Positions 17,541 to 27,496 of a stretch of 64,000 bases of DNA are shown in pieces. The stretch spans positions 1 to 64,000 of IMG/VR virus record IMGVR_UViG_3300025099_000012; one strand, given 5' to 3'. The notes beneath the pieces were generated by a model, which worked only from the letters and a program-made list of their open reading frames with translations, was not told the origin of the DNA and ran no database searches. The stretch comes from a virus. The translations under genes and the position numbers were made by a program. Numbering within the stretch: position 1 is the stretch's first letter; every line of letters begins with the position of its first letter.

Positions 17541-17837
17541 TCACTGAGGTGGTTTGCCACTCAGCAGTCCTCTAGAAGCACCTTCTTCAGGGAAATCTCT
17601 TGGCCTTGATTCGATGCTGCTTTTTCCACCCGACACCCGTTCATGTGCTTGAAAGGTCGCTCGTTTGTAGCGGTTCTGGAAAATGTCTGGGATCCAGTGG
17701 GTCTCAACCCAATTGATCGTTGGATTTAATTCGATATGCCGCTCTACCGAATGGCACATGGCACCCATTTGTATATAGCCATCATGAGAGACGCAGGTGT
17801 TGTCGCCTGTTCTATGCAGATAAAGAATTTTGCTCAC
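17541..17837 (-). CDS. hypothetical protein
   Basis: 98-aa ORF. Confidence 0.55.
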   Translation of the reverse strand: MSKILYLHRTGDNTCVSHDGYIQMGAMCHSVERHIELNPTINWVETHWIPDIFQNRYKRATFQAHERVSGGKSSIESRPRDFPEEGASRGLLSGKPPQ

Positions 17838-18214
17838 TAGCTAACTGCTGTAATAGCCGCACCACGCAGAGGCACTCTGTAGTCAGTTCCTACTTTTAAA
17901 GCAGCATCTGAAGTTACAAAGATTCGATCAACGTATTTTCGTTTGTCATCACTGTCAAATGTGTAGTTCGTGCCATCCCACTCAACTTTTAAGTGAGGGT
18001 TAGAGTCTGAAACAGAGATGTAGACCGACTGACTGTTGTCACTATTGTCAACGCGCACGCAGCTTTCATAGATCGTGTTATCTCCGTTCCACCACCATCT
18101 AGGAACATTAAAGTAATTAACTGGACGATCCGTAGTTCTAGGACTTACAAATGTTAGATCTCCTGATTGATCTTCAAATGAATGTAGTCCTGTAATTGTA
18201 ATTGCACCAGCCAT
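17837..18214 (-). CDS. hypothetical protein, paralog of 34781..35269
   Basis: Shared G..G.L..P..WW.G.N..Y..C..D..Q.V...L..DG pattern. Confidence 0.55.
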   Translation of the reverse strand: MAGAITITGLHSFEDQSGDLTFVSPRTTDRPVNYFNVPRWWWNGDNTIYESCVRVDNSDNSQSVYISVSDSNPHLKVEWDGTNYTFDSDDKRKYVDRIFVTSDAALKVGTDYRVPLRGAAITAVS

Positions 18215-18450
18215 CAGTCTTTATTGATAATGTTTTTATAGAAGGTTGCCTTCTTCTTCATTTTAGGTGATGCACTTGGATCTTTTAGTACAGAATTGGC
18301 GTACGACATACGACCTTCTGGAGTATCTGGATATCCAGCTTTTGTTGCCGCAGCAGTAAAAGTCCCTTTTGTTCCACCCTTTTTGCCGTGAGACATTTTT
18401 TTAAATGCCGTGGCTAACCCTTTTGCTTGCTTGCGAGTTTCCTTTGACAT
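18214..18450 (-). CDS. small basic protein
   Basis: K-rich, KGTFTAAATKAG. Confidence 0.6.
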   Translation of the reverse strand: MSKETRKQAKGLATAFKKMSHGKKGGTKGTFTAAATKAGYPDTPEGRMSYANSVLKDPSASPKMKKKATFYKNIINKD

Positions 18451-18719
18451 TACGAGCGATGCTTTGCGGCTTCATCTGCAACATCCTTAGGCTGCTTGCT
18501 GTACTGTTCTCCCTTTCGAATAGACGCACGTTTCTTAGCATTTGACCTAGCCTTTTGACTATTAGTTAATGCTTCTCTAGCTCCTTTAGGACGATAACGT
18601 TCACCCGTTGCATCCTTTCCTTGAGTACTATTTTTACCTGAGTCTGTACCCCAATCTTCTTTAGTCCAACTATCTAGAGAATTTTGTGATTTTGCTTTAG
18701 CCATTGTTAAAATGCCCAT
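18450..18719 (-). CDS. DUF5872-like protein (C-terminal half)
   Basis: QNSLDSWTKEDWGT..TGERYRPK..KKR..GEQYSKQP. Confidence 0.6.
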   Translation of the reverse strand: MGILTMAKAKSQNSLDSWTKEDWGTDSGKNSTQGKDATGERYRPKGAREALTNSQKARSNAKKRASIRKGEQYSKQPKDVADEAAKHRS

Positions 18720-19084
18720 GGTGGTACACGCACATCACCAGACATTGTGGTTCCTTCTATGAATCCTTCGCGTAAACTTTTTCCTGTAGTTTCTTTAGCG
18801 ATTACATCGCCTAAACCTAACAAAGGATGAGCTGCTCTTATTGCTGTATCAACTCCAGATTCACCGGTAAATGGTTTCTTTTGTATGAGATGTTTTCTAA
18901 TTAGATCAGCGGCACCTATAACTGCAGATCCTAATGGACTGCCAGAAATAATCTTTGGAATTTGTAAGGCTTGAGTAGCCATACGAATACCCGATCCTTT
19001 AGCTTTGCCGAAAAGGATGTCAGCGTTTTCAGCTGCATTTTTAGCGTAGTTATACTTATACCCGGTCTTTGAGAAAGGAGTCAT
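18707..19084 (-). CDS. hypothetical protein
   Basis: 125-aa ORF between the DUF5872-like halves. Confidence 0.55.
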   Translation of the reverse strand: MTPFSKTGYKYNYAKNAAENADILFGKAKGSGIRMATQALQIPKIISGSPLGSAVIGAADLIRKHLIQKKPFTGESGVDTAIRAAHPLLGLGDVIAKETTGKSLREGFIEGTTMSGDVRVPPWAF

Positions 19085-19263
19085 GACTTATACCCACCGC
19101 CTTTAGCTTTATATTGTTTGGCTAACATCTGTGCTTTACGGGCAGACCACTGACCAGGCTTTCCGCCCTTACCGCTTGCTTTAATTTGAGCGAATAGTTT
19201 CCTACGCATACCTGGCATTGTGTAATTGCCAGCCTCATTGACTTTAGATTTTTTTTCAGCCAT
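19081..19263 (-). CDS. DUF5872-like protein (N-terminal half)
   Basis: NYT..GGKPGQWSARKAQMLAKQYKAKGGGY. Confidence 0.65.
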   Translation of the reverse strand: MAEKKSKVNEAGNYTMPGMRRKLFAQIKASGKGGKPGQWSARKAQMLAKQYKAKGGGYKS

Positions 19264-19783
19264 CAGTTTGATCTACCATGTATTCATCTGACCCTTCTTT
19301 ATTATATTCTTTTTTAGGCATACATTCATCAGTAATCGGGCCTCCATGAACCCAAGCATCACAGGTACGATCCCCTGCACATTTAAATTTAAATAGCTGA
19401 CAATAACCAATGTTTGCTTTCACGATGACCTTACGTGGGTCTACATATGGCTCTTCATCTGTGCCAATACCTTTGCCAATACAGCACATGATTTTCCATG
19501 TCTGATCAAATGCAGCGCAGTTGCCACAACGTGTGGACTTTGCTTCTTCTATAGATGTATGAAAGATGTCTGCTTTTTTCTCCCAGAACTCATCGTTAGG
19601 GAAATCAGGATTCATAGGACCATAACCGAAATTATCAATTGTCCAATCCCTATTCTTCGTATTTTCGTGAATATCTTGAGTTGCTTTTGGGCAGCAAGAT
19701 TGATGATATGTGACGTGTTTACCTAAGTTGGCTTGGGCCTTGCGTCCTTGATAATCCATTACCATTTCACCTTGTGTGACCAA
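19256..19783 (-). CDS. Cys-rich conserved marine phage protein
   Basis: CPKATQD..YGPMNP..RCGNCAAF..GYC..FKCAGDRTCDAW. Confidence 0.6.
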   Translation of the reverse strand: MVTQGEMVMDYQGRKAQANLGKHVTYHQSCCPKATQDIHENTKNRDWTIDNFGYGPMNPDFPNDEFWEKKADIFHTSIEEAKSTRCGNCAAFDQTWKIMCCIGKGIGTDEEPYVDPRKVIVKANIGYCQLFKFKCAGDRTCDAWVHGGPITDECMPKKEYNKEGSDEYMVDQTDG

Positions 19784-20067
19784 TAACGTGCGCTAAAAAT
19801 ATCTGGCTTACTATCTTGTGCATTATGCCTAGCGTAGTAAGACTTCTTACGAGCTTTATCTTTTGCAGACTTAGGATTTTTACCAGCACCGGTCACGCCT
19901 TGCTGACCAAAACGGATGATTTTCTCTTTACCTTCTTTACAGGCTTTTACAACGTGAGATTTTGTTGCGTGGCCTTTTGTACGCATTGGTTTATTGCACT
20001 TAAGTTTATCTTTGTCTAAGTGAGACTTAGCTTTTGATTTAGCTTTAGCACGAGCAGATGTTGCCAT
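19759..20067 (-). CDS. basic protein (DUF6321-like)
   Basis: KIIRFGQQG..ARKKSYYARH..SARYWS..KW; family recalled, not searched. Confidence 0.6.
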   Translation of the reverse strand: MATSARAKAKSKAKSHLDKDKLKCNKPMRTKGHATKSHVVKACKEGKEKIIRFGQQGVTGAGKNPKSAKDKARKKSYYARHNAQDSKPDIFSARYWSHKVKW

Positions 20068-20088
20068 GTTATCTACATTATCCCTCTA

Positions 20089-20226
20089 TTATTTTAACGG
20101 TTCTAAAGGATCTGATTTACCATCAACGATTGCACAAGCACGTTTATAAAAGAAATTATCTGTAGTACCTTTCTCTTCCATAGCTTCCTTAATTTTTAGC
20201 CAATTGGCTTTTTCTTCGTCACTCAT
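20089..20226 (-). CDS. small cyanophage protein (45 aa)
   Basis: Not in track: MSDEEKANWLKIKEAMEEKGTTDNFFYKRACAIVDGKSDPLEPLK, coupled to 20223 ORF. Confidence 0.6.
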   Translation of the reverse strand: MSDEEKANWLKIKEAMEEKGTTDNFFYKRACAIVDGKSDPLEPLK

Positions 20227-20495
20227 TGGTTAGCTGCAATGTGATCCATCTCTGCGTGCATCAGGTCACTAAGATTTGACACCTGTGCACAGCAGCTCAT
20301 AATTAATCCACGTTGATTAGGAGTGAGATTGTCTGCATCAATGGCATCTTCTGATAGCACTATTGCTACATCTCCTAATGCCATGATGATTGCAGGCATT
20401 CCCCATTTTTCAACCAAACCAGACATAACAGATAAAAGAGGATTATCTCCACTTTCAACTGATTTCCAGAATTGTTTGCGTTCTTCCGCTGTCAT
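20223..20495 (-). CDS. hypothetical protein
   Basis: 90-aa ORF. Confidence 0.55.
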   Translation of the reverse strand: MTAEERKQFWKSVESGDNPLLSVMSGLVEKWGMPAIIMALGDVAIVLSEDAIDADNLTPNQRGLIMSCCAQVSNLSDLMHAEMDHIAANQ

Positions 20496-20554
20496 AATTA
20501 TAGCCCTAAGTATTACTATTGTAGATAGAATACCTGAAGAGACATGTAGACATT

Positions 20555-21304
20555 ATGGCACAGATATCCGTAGAAGGTTTCAAGAATTTTTTTAAATATT
20601 ACGTAGAGGAATCACATCAACAATTAGGTATTGAAAAGCTATATCAATTAATTCCATTGGATGCGCTTGATGATAACTCTGAGTGGATGCTTCAGTATCG
20701 TAATCAGTTGAAAGATCAAACAAACAAAATCACGCAACAACCAATTACCAAGGTCCAAATGGGACTCATCATGAATTGCAGTCCTGAAAGTCTGCCTGAC
20801 TCACTGATGGCCGACTTTGCACGATGCGTAGATCTATATCAAATGGATCGCATTAGCATTGCATATTTCCTAGGACAATGTGGACATGAATCAGCTGGAC
20901 TTAGGTATCCTGTCGAAATTGCCTCAGGAATAAATTACGAAAACAGGGGAGACTTAGGCAATATTTATCCTGGTGATGGTGTCAAATTCGCGGGTACTGG
21001 CTGGATCCAAGTGACTGGGCGCTATTGGCATCAGCAATACTCAGACTATCTTCAGAAGAATGGAACATTTGATGAGAAGATTATGGAGGTAGGAAAGACA
21101 CATACAAGTGAAAAGTATCCGTGGTCAATAAGCGGATACTGGTGGTATGCAAATAATATGAATGATTTCTGCAAAATAAAACCACCCGTCGATCAAGTAG
21201 GTCAACGAGTGAATGGTAAGTATTTGCCTAATGGGTATGAAGACAGACGTCTGTATTCTAAAAAAGCTTTTGAAGTATTAGGTCTACCGTATCCTGGTAA
21301 TTAA
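20555..21304 (+). CDS. endolysin, GH19 chitinase-like
   Basis: FLGQCGHESAGL, YENRGDLGN..GDG..GTGWIQVTGR, NG.EDR. Confidence 0.85.
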   Translation: MAQISVEGFKNFFKYYVEESHQQLGIEKLYQLIPLDALDDNSEWMLQYRNQLKDQTNKITQQPITKVQMGLIMNCSPESLPDSLMADFARCVDLYQMDRISIAYFLGQCGHESAGLRYPVEIASGINYENRGDLGNIYPGDGVKFAGTGWIQVTGRYWHQQYSDYLQKNGTFDEKIMEVGKTHTSEKYPWSISGYWWYANNMNDFCKIKPPVDQVGQRVNGKYLPNGYEDRRLYSKKAFEVLGLPYPGN

Positions 21305-21810
21305 TCAAAGCTGATTAAACTATCAATGACACTATCTGATGTTACGCCTTCAGGTGTTGGCTCAGGTGTTGGCTCAGGTGTTGGTGCAGGTGGTTCCCAC
21401 TGAGAATAAGCAGCGGATGTAATATATGCAGCTAGCTCATCAGTCGTTGTTGTTGCACTGATGGCTTCACAGTAAGTACGAATCTCACCACGACGATCAA
21501 GCACATCTTGAGGAACTGCTACTTCAGTTTCTTGCTTACGAATAACATACCAATCACTAGGAGCAAGCAATGTATATGCTGTTTGATTGGTGTTATCAAT
21601 CCAAAGAGTAACTAGACCTTCGTGATCTTTTGGAAGATCTGGACCCCAGTAGAAACGTTGGTCGTACCAAGGTGCATCAGGAACTTCTGTAATTCCAATT
21701 GCTGTTTTCTCTTCATATGAAGACAACCTCAGCCAATTGGCTGGATACTGAATACCTGCATGTGTGAATGCACGATCGTAAGATAGTGGGCGTCCGTCTA
21801 AGATAAGCAT
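21301..21810 (-). CDS. tail fibre assembly/associated protein
   Basis: GIQYPANWLRL..YDQRFYW..LAPSDWYVIR; follows tail fibre. Confidence 0.6.
   Translation of the reverse strand: MLILDGRPLSYDRAFTHAGIQYPANWLRLSSYEEKTAIGITEVPDAPWYDQRFYWGPDLPKDHEGLVTLWIDNTNQTAYTLLAPSDWYVIRKQETEVAVPQDVLDRRGEIRTYCEAISATTTTDELAAYITSAAYSQWEPPAPTPEPTPEPTPEGVTSDSVIDSLISFD
21350..21385. repeat. 12-bp tandem repeat x3 (TPEP linker)
   Basis: TCAGGTGTTGG(C/T) three times. Confidence 0.85.
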
Positions 21811-21860
21811 GACAATTTCTCTGATGTTACTATTTTAGCTTTTTAAAATTGATTAGTTAA

Positions 21861-23936
21861 TCAACGCCCACGTGCAGTTTTAAAGGGATGCTCAGCTACG
21901 GCGTAATATACATAAGTGACACCAGATTGGTTAAACCTAGCATTAGTATTTCTCACCTTAAATCCATTTGAAAGAATGTCAGTATTGTATGCACTGTTAG
22001 TAAATTCTTCTTGGCTTGTATTAGCCTTGATAAGAAGGCTGCTTACATTAAAGGCTGCTCGTGCTGTGTCAAGGATGACCCAATCTTCACCAGAAATGCT
22101 AGATGCTTTTAATAAAATAAATGCGGGACGAAAATTTGTATTTACAAAAACGCCGTCGCTCGATCCATTGCCGATGTACGAACCCACTGCTGAATATGAA
22201 TTTACGGGGGCGATGCAGTAATTAATAAATGTCATACCATTGTCCATATAATGACCATGGTAAAGGCTAAAAGTAGTGCTATTTACCGAATAGTAATCAG
22301 TAGCAGATGCCCCAGTTACTGCAGCACTTGTATCATCTAAAACAAGTTTTATAATGGCACCTGTGGCATTAGTATGAGTCAACCAGCTGCCAGTGCCGTC
22401 TCTTCTTTTTGTAATCACTAATGAAGGTGTGGTGTTAAGTCCATGTCCAATACTTTGCATTCCATAAGAACCGCCAGCCGTAAATGAAACAATCGAGAAC
22501 CCAGCACTTGGGTTGGCTCTTACGCTTGAAGCAATGCTGCCGTCGTTGTTAGTTACCGTCGATGTTCCGGCGTCCCACGCCCAACCAACGTATGACTGCC
22601 CAGAAGCATTTGTCTGATTAGCTGACCCTGTTAACGTAAAACCATTAGAGTCAAAAGACCCAATTGCAGGATCATTGGTCTTTTCAGCACCAGTATTGCT
22701 TGATTCCAGTGCTTTTGTAACACCTCTTATTTCATCAAATAAAGCATGTGCATTGGCGTCATTACGTCGTTTCAACCATAAAAAATCTGGCGAGAATCCA
22801 AGCCCCGTTTGTGCATTAGTTCCACTATTGCCCGTATATAACTTCGTATCAAAATACTGACTGCCATCCGCAATCGTTGGGGTCGGTAAGTTTGCGGTGC
22901 ATACGGCCTTGTGTCCAGTGTTTGGAGTGCCGCTGAATGGTCGCTGTCCAAAATTATATGAGCCTGCAGCACTTGTAAAATTCGCTGCTGTCCCATCCCA
23001 GTTATAACCAGTCGTACCAATTTCGTAATACCATTGGCCAGATCCTGGAATAATTGTTGGCAGATCACTGCTGCCACTCGCATCTAGATTCCCATTCGTC
23101 AACGTAGAATGACCAGCGTGCAATGGGTTTAACGTTGCAAAATTGTTAGTTGGGGTGTCAGTTAAGCTGTCGTTGCCTACACCTGCAGTAATACTAAGAT
23201 TGTTAGGAGTAAAATTGTTGCTATTTCCAGAAGTATCTTTTCCTAATGTTGTTGCAGTTGCAGCGCTGTTATCTGCAAACAAAAGTCTAAAACCATTTGT
23301 TCCGAACGTTAGGCTAGCAGTATCAATAGCTTGCCACACACCGTTATCGTCAGTCTCACCAAAATCTGTGGGTGCTAATGCTTGACCATCGATGAAGTGG
23401 GTATCAGCTAAGTAAAAACTACTGTAACTATATGCAGGACTATATGCAAATGTATGAGGGACCGTACTGTTGACTAAACTGTCAAGATTTTGACTTGGAT
23501 AGGTTGACGTACTAAAATTAGTATGTTGAACACCATTGACATAAATTTTAATTCGGTCTGCACTAGTAGATTGCGTCGAATCAAATGATACTAAAAAATG
23601 ATACCAAGCAGAAGGGTCTCTGAATAATGCTGTAGTTTTTACTCGCCATACCCAAGATCCTGTATATGATTGCACCCACAATTCACCATCATTAATTCTA
23701 ATAGAAAAATCGTTTGATCCGCTTGTGCCTCCATTAAATATATTAGCTTCTGTATCATCTACGATTTTTACCCAACCACTCCATGTCCACGTCTTGCGAT
23801 TACCTGCAGAACTTGGGGTTCTATTTAAGTACGCAGAATCTCCTGAGTTAAACCTAAGACTACGTGCGATCTCGTAGACACCAGCGCCTCCTTGTCCAGA
23901 GGCACCAGCAAGTATATTACTTCCTACAAAACTCAT
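21861..23936 (-). CDS. tail fibre/receptor-binding protein with LamG-like lectin domain
   Basis: SLRFNSGDSAYL..WTWSGWVK..FRDPSAWYH; YTGN and GFSIV repeats typical of marine phage fibres. Confidence 0.75.
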   Translation of the reverse strand: MSFVGSNILAGASGQGGAGVYEIARSLRFNSGDSAYLNRTPSSAGNRKTWTWSGWVKIVDDTEANIFNGGTSGSNDFSIRINDGELWVQSYTGSWVWRVKTTALFRDPSAWYHFLVSFDSTQSTSADRIKIYVNGVQHTNFSTSTYPSQNLDSLVNSTVPHTFAYSPAYSYSSFYLADTHFIDGQALAPTDFGETDDNGVWQAIDTASLTFGTNGFRLLFADNSAATATTLGKDTSGNSNNFTPNNLSITAGVGNDSLTDTPTNNFATLNPLHAGHSTLTNGNLDASGSSDLPTIIPGSGQWYYEIGTTGYNWDGTAANFTSAAGSYNFGQRPFSGTPNTGHKAVCTANLPTPTIADGSQYFDTKLYTGNSGTNAQTGLGFSPDFLWLKRRNDANAHALFDEIRGVTKALESSNTGAEKTNDPAIGSFDSNGFTLTGSANQTNASGQSYVGWAWDAGTSTVTNNDGSIASSVRANPSAGFSIVSFTAGGSYGMQSIGHGLNTTPSLVITKRRDGTGSWLTHTNATGAIIKLVLDDTSAAVTGASATDYYSVNSTTFSLYHGHYMDNGMTFINYCIAPVNSYSAVGSYIGNGSSDGVFVNTNFRPAFILLKASSISGEDWVILDTARAAFNVSSLLIKANTSQEEFTNSAYNTDILSNGFKVRNTNARFNQSGVTYVYYAVAEHPFKTARGR

Positions 23937-24373
23937 GAGTAATTAAGGGTAGCGACGGCTTGAATAGATGTAGAGCTACGAACGATGTAATCAATACGAT
24001 CTGTCTCATTAGCTCCAGTTGAAAGTGTGGGTGCGCTTCCGCCTATCCAATCCCAATAAGAACCCCACGCGGCTGTACGACTGCCTGTCCCATCCTGTGT
24101 AATAAAAATCGAACCTGATTGACCAGCAGTAATGTTTGTTGGATTTGCAATTGTACGATTGCCACCAAGAACTACGACGTAATTATTCGAGTCGTTTAAG
24201 TTGGGAGTAATTGTTGCTCCGTCCGTCAATGTTGTAATTTCTGCACGCTGTCCAGCTGTCCATGTGTTTGCAGTTGACAGTGACACACCTGAAATAGTAG
24301 AAACAGATAGCTCTACATCACTACCACTATTGTCATAAACTAAGGTATCAACTTTAATTTTCCCGTAAGCCAT
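23933..24373 (-). CDS. tail fibre-associated protein
   Basis: NTWTAGQR..GQSGSIFITQDGTGSRT..APTLST. Confidence 0.65.
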   Translation of the reverse strand: MAYGKIKVDTLVYDNSGSDVELSVSTISGVSLSTANTWTAGQRAEITTLTDGATITPNLNDSNNYVVVLGGNRTIANPTNITAGQSGSIFITQDGTGSRTAAWGSYWDWIGGSAPTLSTGANETDRIDYIVRSSTSIQAVATLNYS

Positions 24374-24444
24374 AATTAACCACTAGGCATCATATCTCTA
24401 AACCTATTGTAGTAGATATAGTTTGCAATATAGTTTAGGTGAAA

Positions 24445-24714
24445 TTACAGAATACGGAAGGTCGAACTTGATGGAACTGTTACTACAACACCTGAATCAA
24501 TTGCGAGATCACCTACAGCGCCTGTGTTGGTATTAGCAGCGATGACCTTATTAATAGTAAGTACTGTTGGTGTCTCAAGGAATTGACCTTCAGTTCCTAC
24601 TGTTGATGTTCCAAGTGTTTTCCACTTTTCTCCATCATATGTATAGCGAATTCCGTTTCCAGCAACGAAAAGATCACCTGCACTTGGATTATTAGGAAAC
24701 TGAATGGCGGCCAT
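24445..24714 (-). CDS. short tail-fibre-like protein
   Basis: FPNNPSAGD..YTYDGEKW. Confidence 0.55.
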   Translation of the reverse strand: MAAIQFPNNPSAGDLFVAGNGIRYTYDGEKWKTLGTSTVGTEGQFLETPTVLTINKVIAANTNTGAVGDLAIDSGVVVTVPSSSTFRIL

Positions 24715-24773
24715 TATTGCACTCCCTGCAGGTCGATGACTTCATCAATGTATCTTTAGTATATCGAAATTTC

Positions 24774-24971
24774 TTACTCCCCTATATCTTTCGAGTCACT
24801 ATCTTCTGTGATTTGAACGCTTGCCGAAACTTTATCATCCTCAAACTCAATAGTATCTAGCAAGCTTTGTACAAGATTGACACTGAAAGCTAGAAGGGTG
24901 TTGTCACCACTTGCTCTAGCGGCGCCGAATGAATTAATAGCAGATATTAAATCTGTTTTTTTGCAAGGCAT
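24774..24971 (-). CDS. hypothetical protein
   Basis: 65-aa ORF. Confidence 0.5.
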   Translation of the reverse strand: MPCKKTDLISAINSFGAARASGDNTLLAFSVNLVQSLLDTIEFEDDKVSASVQITEDSDSKDIGE

Positions 24972-25013
24972 TTATATTATTCAACTATTGTGATTCTACC
25001 CTATTTGCTTTGA

Positions 25014-27458
25014 TTAGACTGCAGCGACTGTCAGACTTCCTGCGTTACTAACAGTGATCCGATAGCGCGTACTATTTGGGGATCTGATAATAATTCCAGC
25101 ACCATCCCCATGGATTTCCAGCTTGTCCCCTGGTGTGGTCGTACCAATACCAAGGTTGCCTGACGTATCCCAGTTCGGACCACCAGTACTTAAGTAGTCT
25201 GGCGTCACAGATCCAACAGGGATGCCACCATTCCAACTGGGATTCCCCTCTACCCATTGGCTTGAGTCTGTATCTACGTAATAGATGTACGTTCTTCCTT
25301 CATCTGAGTCATACCATTGATCGCCTTCATTCGCTGATGACGGTGCAGAGGTGCCTACAAATGTTTGGCGGCTACCAACTGTTATCCAACTTCCGTCAGC
25401 TCGTAAGAATTTCTGTGTTCCCCCACCGGACGAGGGTACTAGTCCTTTCTCGCTTGAGGTGAATGTAGGCAACGCAACGCCAGTACCTGTACTAGATGTA
25501 ATCGTAGAAGTACTAGAGGTAAACCCTAGATTAGTTGCGGTTCCAGGTGGAGTGGCCCACGTGCCGTCTGCTCGTAGATAATTTGTAGTACCACCACCAG
25601 AAGCGCCAGTTAGTCCAGCAACGCTACTACTGAACAAAGGAAGTGTGGCATCTGTTCCAGTATCTGATTGAACCGTACGAGTAGAAGTGTTGTAAGAAAG
25701 GTTTGTTACTCCAGTAAAGGAAGCACTGGTATTAATAGTGATATCAGCTGAGCCGTCAAAACTTGCTGAACCTGTCAAGTCTCCTGTAAGTGATATCGTT
25801 CTTGCTGTTTCAAGTGTTGTTGCTGTTGACGCATTTCCAATTAATGCAGCAGTGATATTACGAGCTATAAAATCCCCCGACGCATCACGTGAAACAATTG
25901 CACTAGCAGAGTTTAAGTTCGTCGCTGTTGTTGCAGAGTTTGCAACCTTACCTGCTGTTGTAAGTGTTGCAAGATACGTATCTACAATCTGTGTTCCTTG
26001 CCAAACACCTGTACTAATTGTTCCTAGTCCAGTCAAGCTAGACCCAGTAACTCCACTTCCTAGAGACGAAGTGCTTAATACTTCTGTACCATTTATATAA
26101 AATGCTTTGCCAGATACCAAATTGAAGTGCTCACTCGATGTCCACGCATCTGTACTATCCACCCATAGCAAGGTTTTGTCCGTAGTACCTTTTAACGTAA
26201 TTCCACCATTATTTGCAGTTACATCCGTTGGTGAGCTGACCACACCTAATTGAATATTTCCGTCCTTGATGGTGACGATGTTTGCATCAAGCGATACTGT
26301 TGAACCTGTTACAGTCAAGTTACCTGCAACATTTACATTGGCATCAAATGTACTTATACCAGTGACATCTAAGGTTCCAGGTATATCTATATTTGATGAC
26401 CACTCGACACCAGTGCCTCCTGCATCTGTTTGCAGCAACTGATTTGAGCTTCCATCAGCTAGTTTACTAACAGCAATTTCAGCCGATCCACTAATATCTG
26501 CGTTGACAATACTACCATCAATAATATTGCTGGAGTTAACGGTGACATTACTTGGCAAGGCACCTGCAGCAATGTCAGTTGTGGCTACACCTCCCGCAAT
26601 TCCAGAGGAAGTAATTGTTATACCAGCAGGGAGTGCGCCAGTTCCAAGCTTGGTTAATGTTATAGCCGCTGTTGAACTTATGTCTGCATCGGCAATTGTC
26701 CCATCAACAATATTTGCACTAGCCACTGTAATTCCAGTAGGCAGAGCACCTGTGGCTAACTTTGATAAACCAATTGCAGCACTGCTATTAATATCTGAGT
26801 TTTGAATGGTGCCATCAGCGATCATCGCTCCTGTGATTGTTCCTGAATCACCAGTGCTCACCAAAGTACCAGTCGTATCAGGCAGTGACAGAACTCTATC
26901 AGCTGTTGGTTCAATAACAGTTAAACGAATCTCATGTGCGTTTGCATTAGCACCTTCAAAAACAACCTTACCGTTATTCAAATAGATGTCGGATGCGTTT
27001 AGGTTTACACCTGCATTCAGGATAAGATTTCCTGTCATCGTGTCACCGTTTGAATTCACATAACGGTCATCTAATGTTCCACTTTGATGATTTAGGTTAG
27101 ATGGATCAGGAATTAAACTTGTATCGAATTTTTCTGTACTTGCATCTACCCACTGTGTAGTACTGCCGTTGTTGTAGTAATAGTACAGACGGTTGTCGTC
27201 AGTATCAAAATATAGATTCCCTGCTACTAGTCCAGAGGGTGGTGTTGAGGCAGCTTGAATAGCCGCTTCATACCCAGTAAACGATAAGTTGGCTTTTCCT
27301 GCAATGCGTACAATATTTCCGGCACTATCTTTAATGAAAATTGCGGGGTCTGATGAATTGAAGTTTACAGCAATTTCACCGTCCAGCATATTGGCAGATG
27401 TAGGCTGCTTAGCTGCACCACTGTCTAAAACATTAGAGTGCTTTAATTGAATTTTCAT
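25014..27458 (-). CDS. tail fibre protein
   Basis: 814 aa G/S/T-rich; IADGTI repeats, YLRADGTW repeats, GNLGIGTTTP. Confidence 0.8.
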   Translation of the reverse strand: MKIQLKHSNVLDSGAAKQPTSANMLDGEIAVNFNSSDPAIFIKDSAGNIVRIAGKANLSFTGYEAAIQAASTPPSGLVAGNLYFDTDDNRLYYYYNNGSTTQWVDASTEKFDTSLIPDPSNLNHQSGTLDDRYVNSNGDTMTGNLILNAGVNLNASDIYLNNGKVVFEGANANAHEIRLTVIEPTADRVLSLPDTTGTLVSTGDSGTITGAMIADGTIQNSDINSSAAIGLSKLATGALPTGITVASANIVDGTIADADISSTAAITLTKLGTGALPAGITITSSGIAGGVATTDIAAGALPSNVTVNSSNIIDGSIVNADISGSAEIAVSKLADGSSNQLLQTDAGGTGVEWSSNIDIPGTLDVTGISTFDANVNVAGNLTVTGSTVSLDANIVTIKDGNIQLGVVSSPTDVTANNGGITLKGTTDKTLLWVDSTDAWTSSEHFNLVSGKAFYINGTEVLSTSSLGSGVTGSSLTGLGTISTGVWQGTQIVDTYLATLTTAGKVANSATTATNLNSASAIVSRDASGDFIARNITAALIGNASTATTLETARTISLTGDLTGSASFDGSADITINTSASFTGVTNLSYNTSTRTVQSDTGTDATLPLFSSSVAGLTGASGGGTTNYLRADGTWATPPGTATNLGFTSSTSTITSSTGTGVALPTFTSSEKGLVPSSGGGTQKFLRADGSWITVGSRQTFVGTSAPSSANEGDQWYDSDEGRTYIYYVDTDSSQWVEGNPSWNGGIPVGSVTPDYLSTGGPNWDTSGNLGIGTTTPGDKLEIHGDGAGIIIRSPNSTRYRITVSNAGSLTVAAV

Positions 27459-27496
27459 CGATAAACGCCCTAGACTATCTTCTTGATATATCTATT

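Noticed and set aside
21861-27458. Diversity-generating retroelement or invertible tail-fibre cassette
   Set aside because: No reverse transcriptase, invertase or template/variable repeat pair seen
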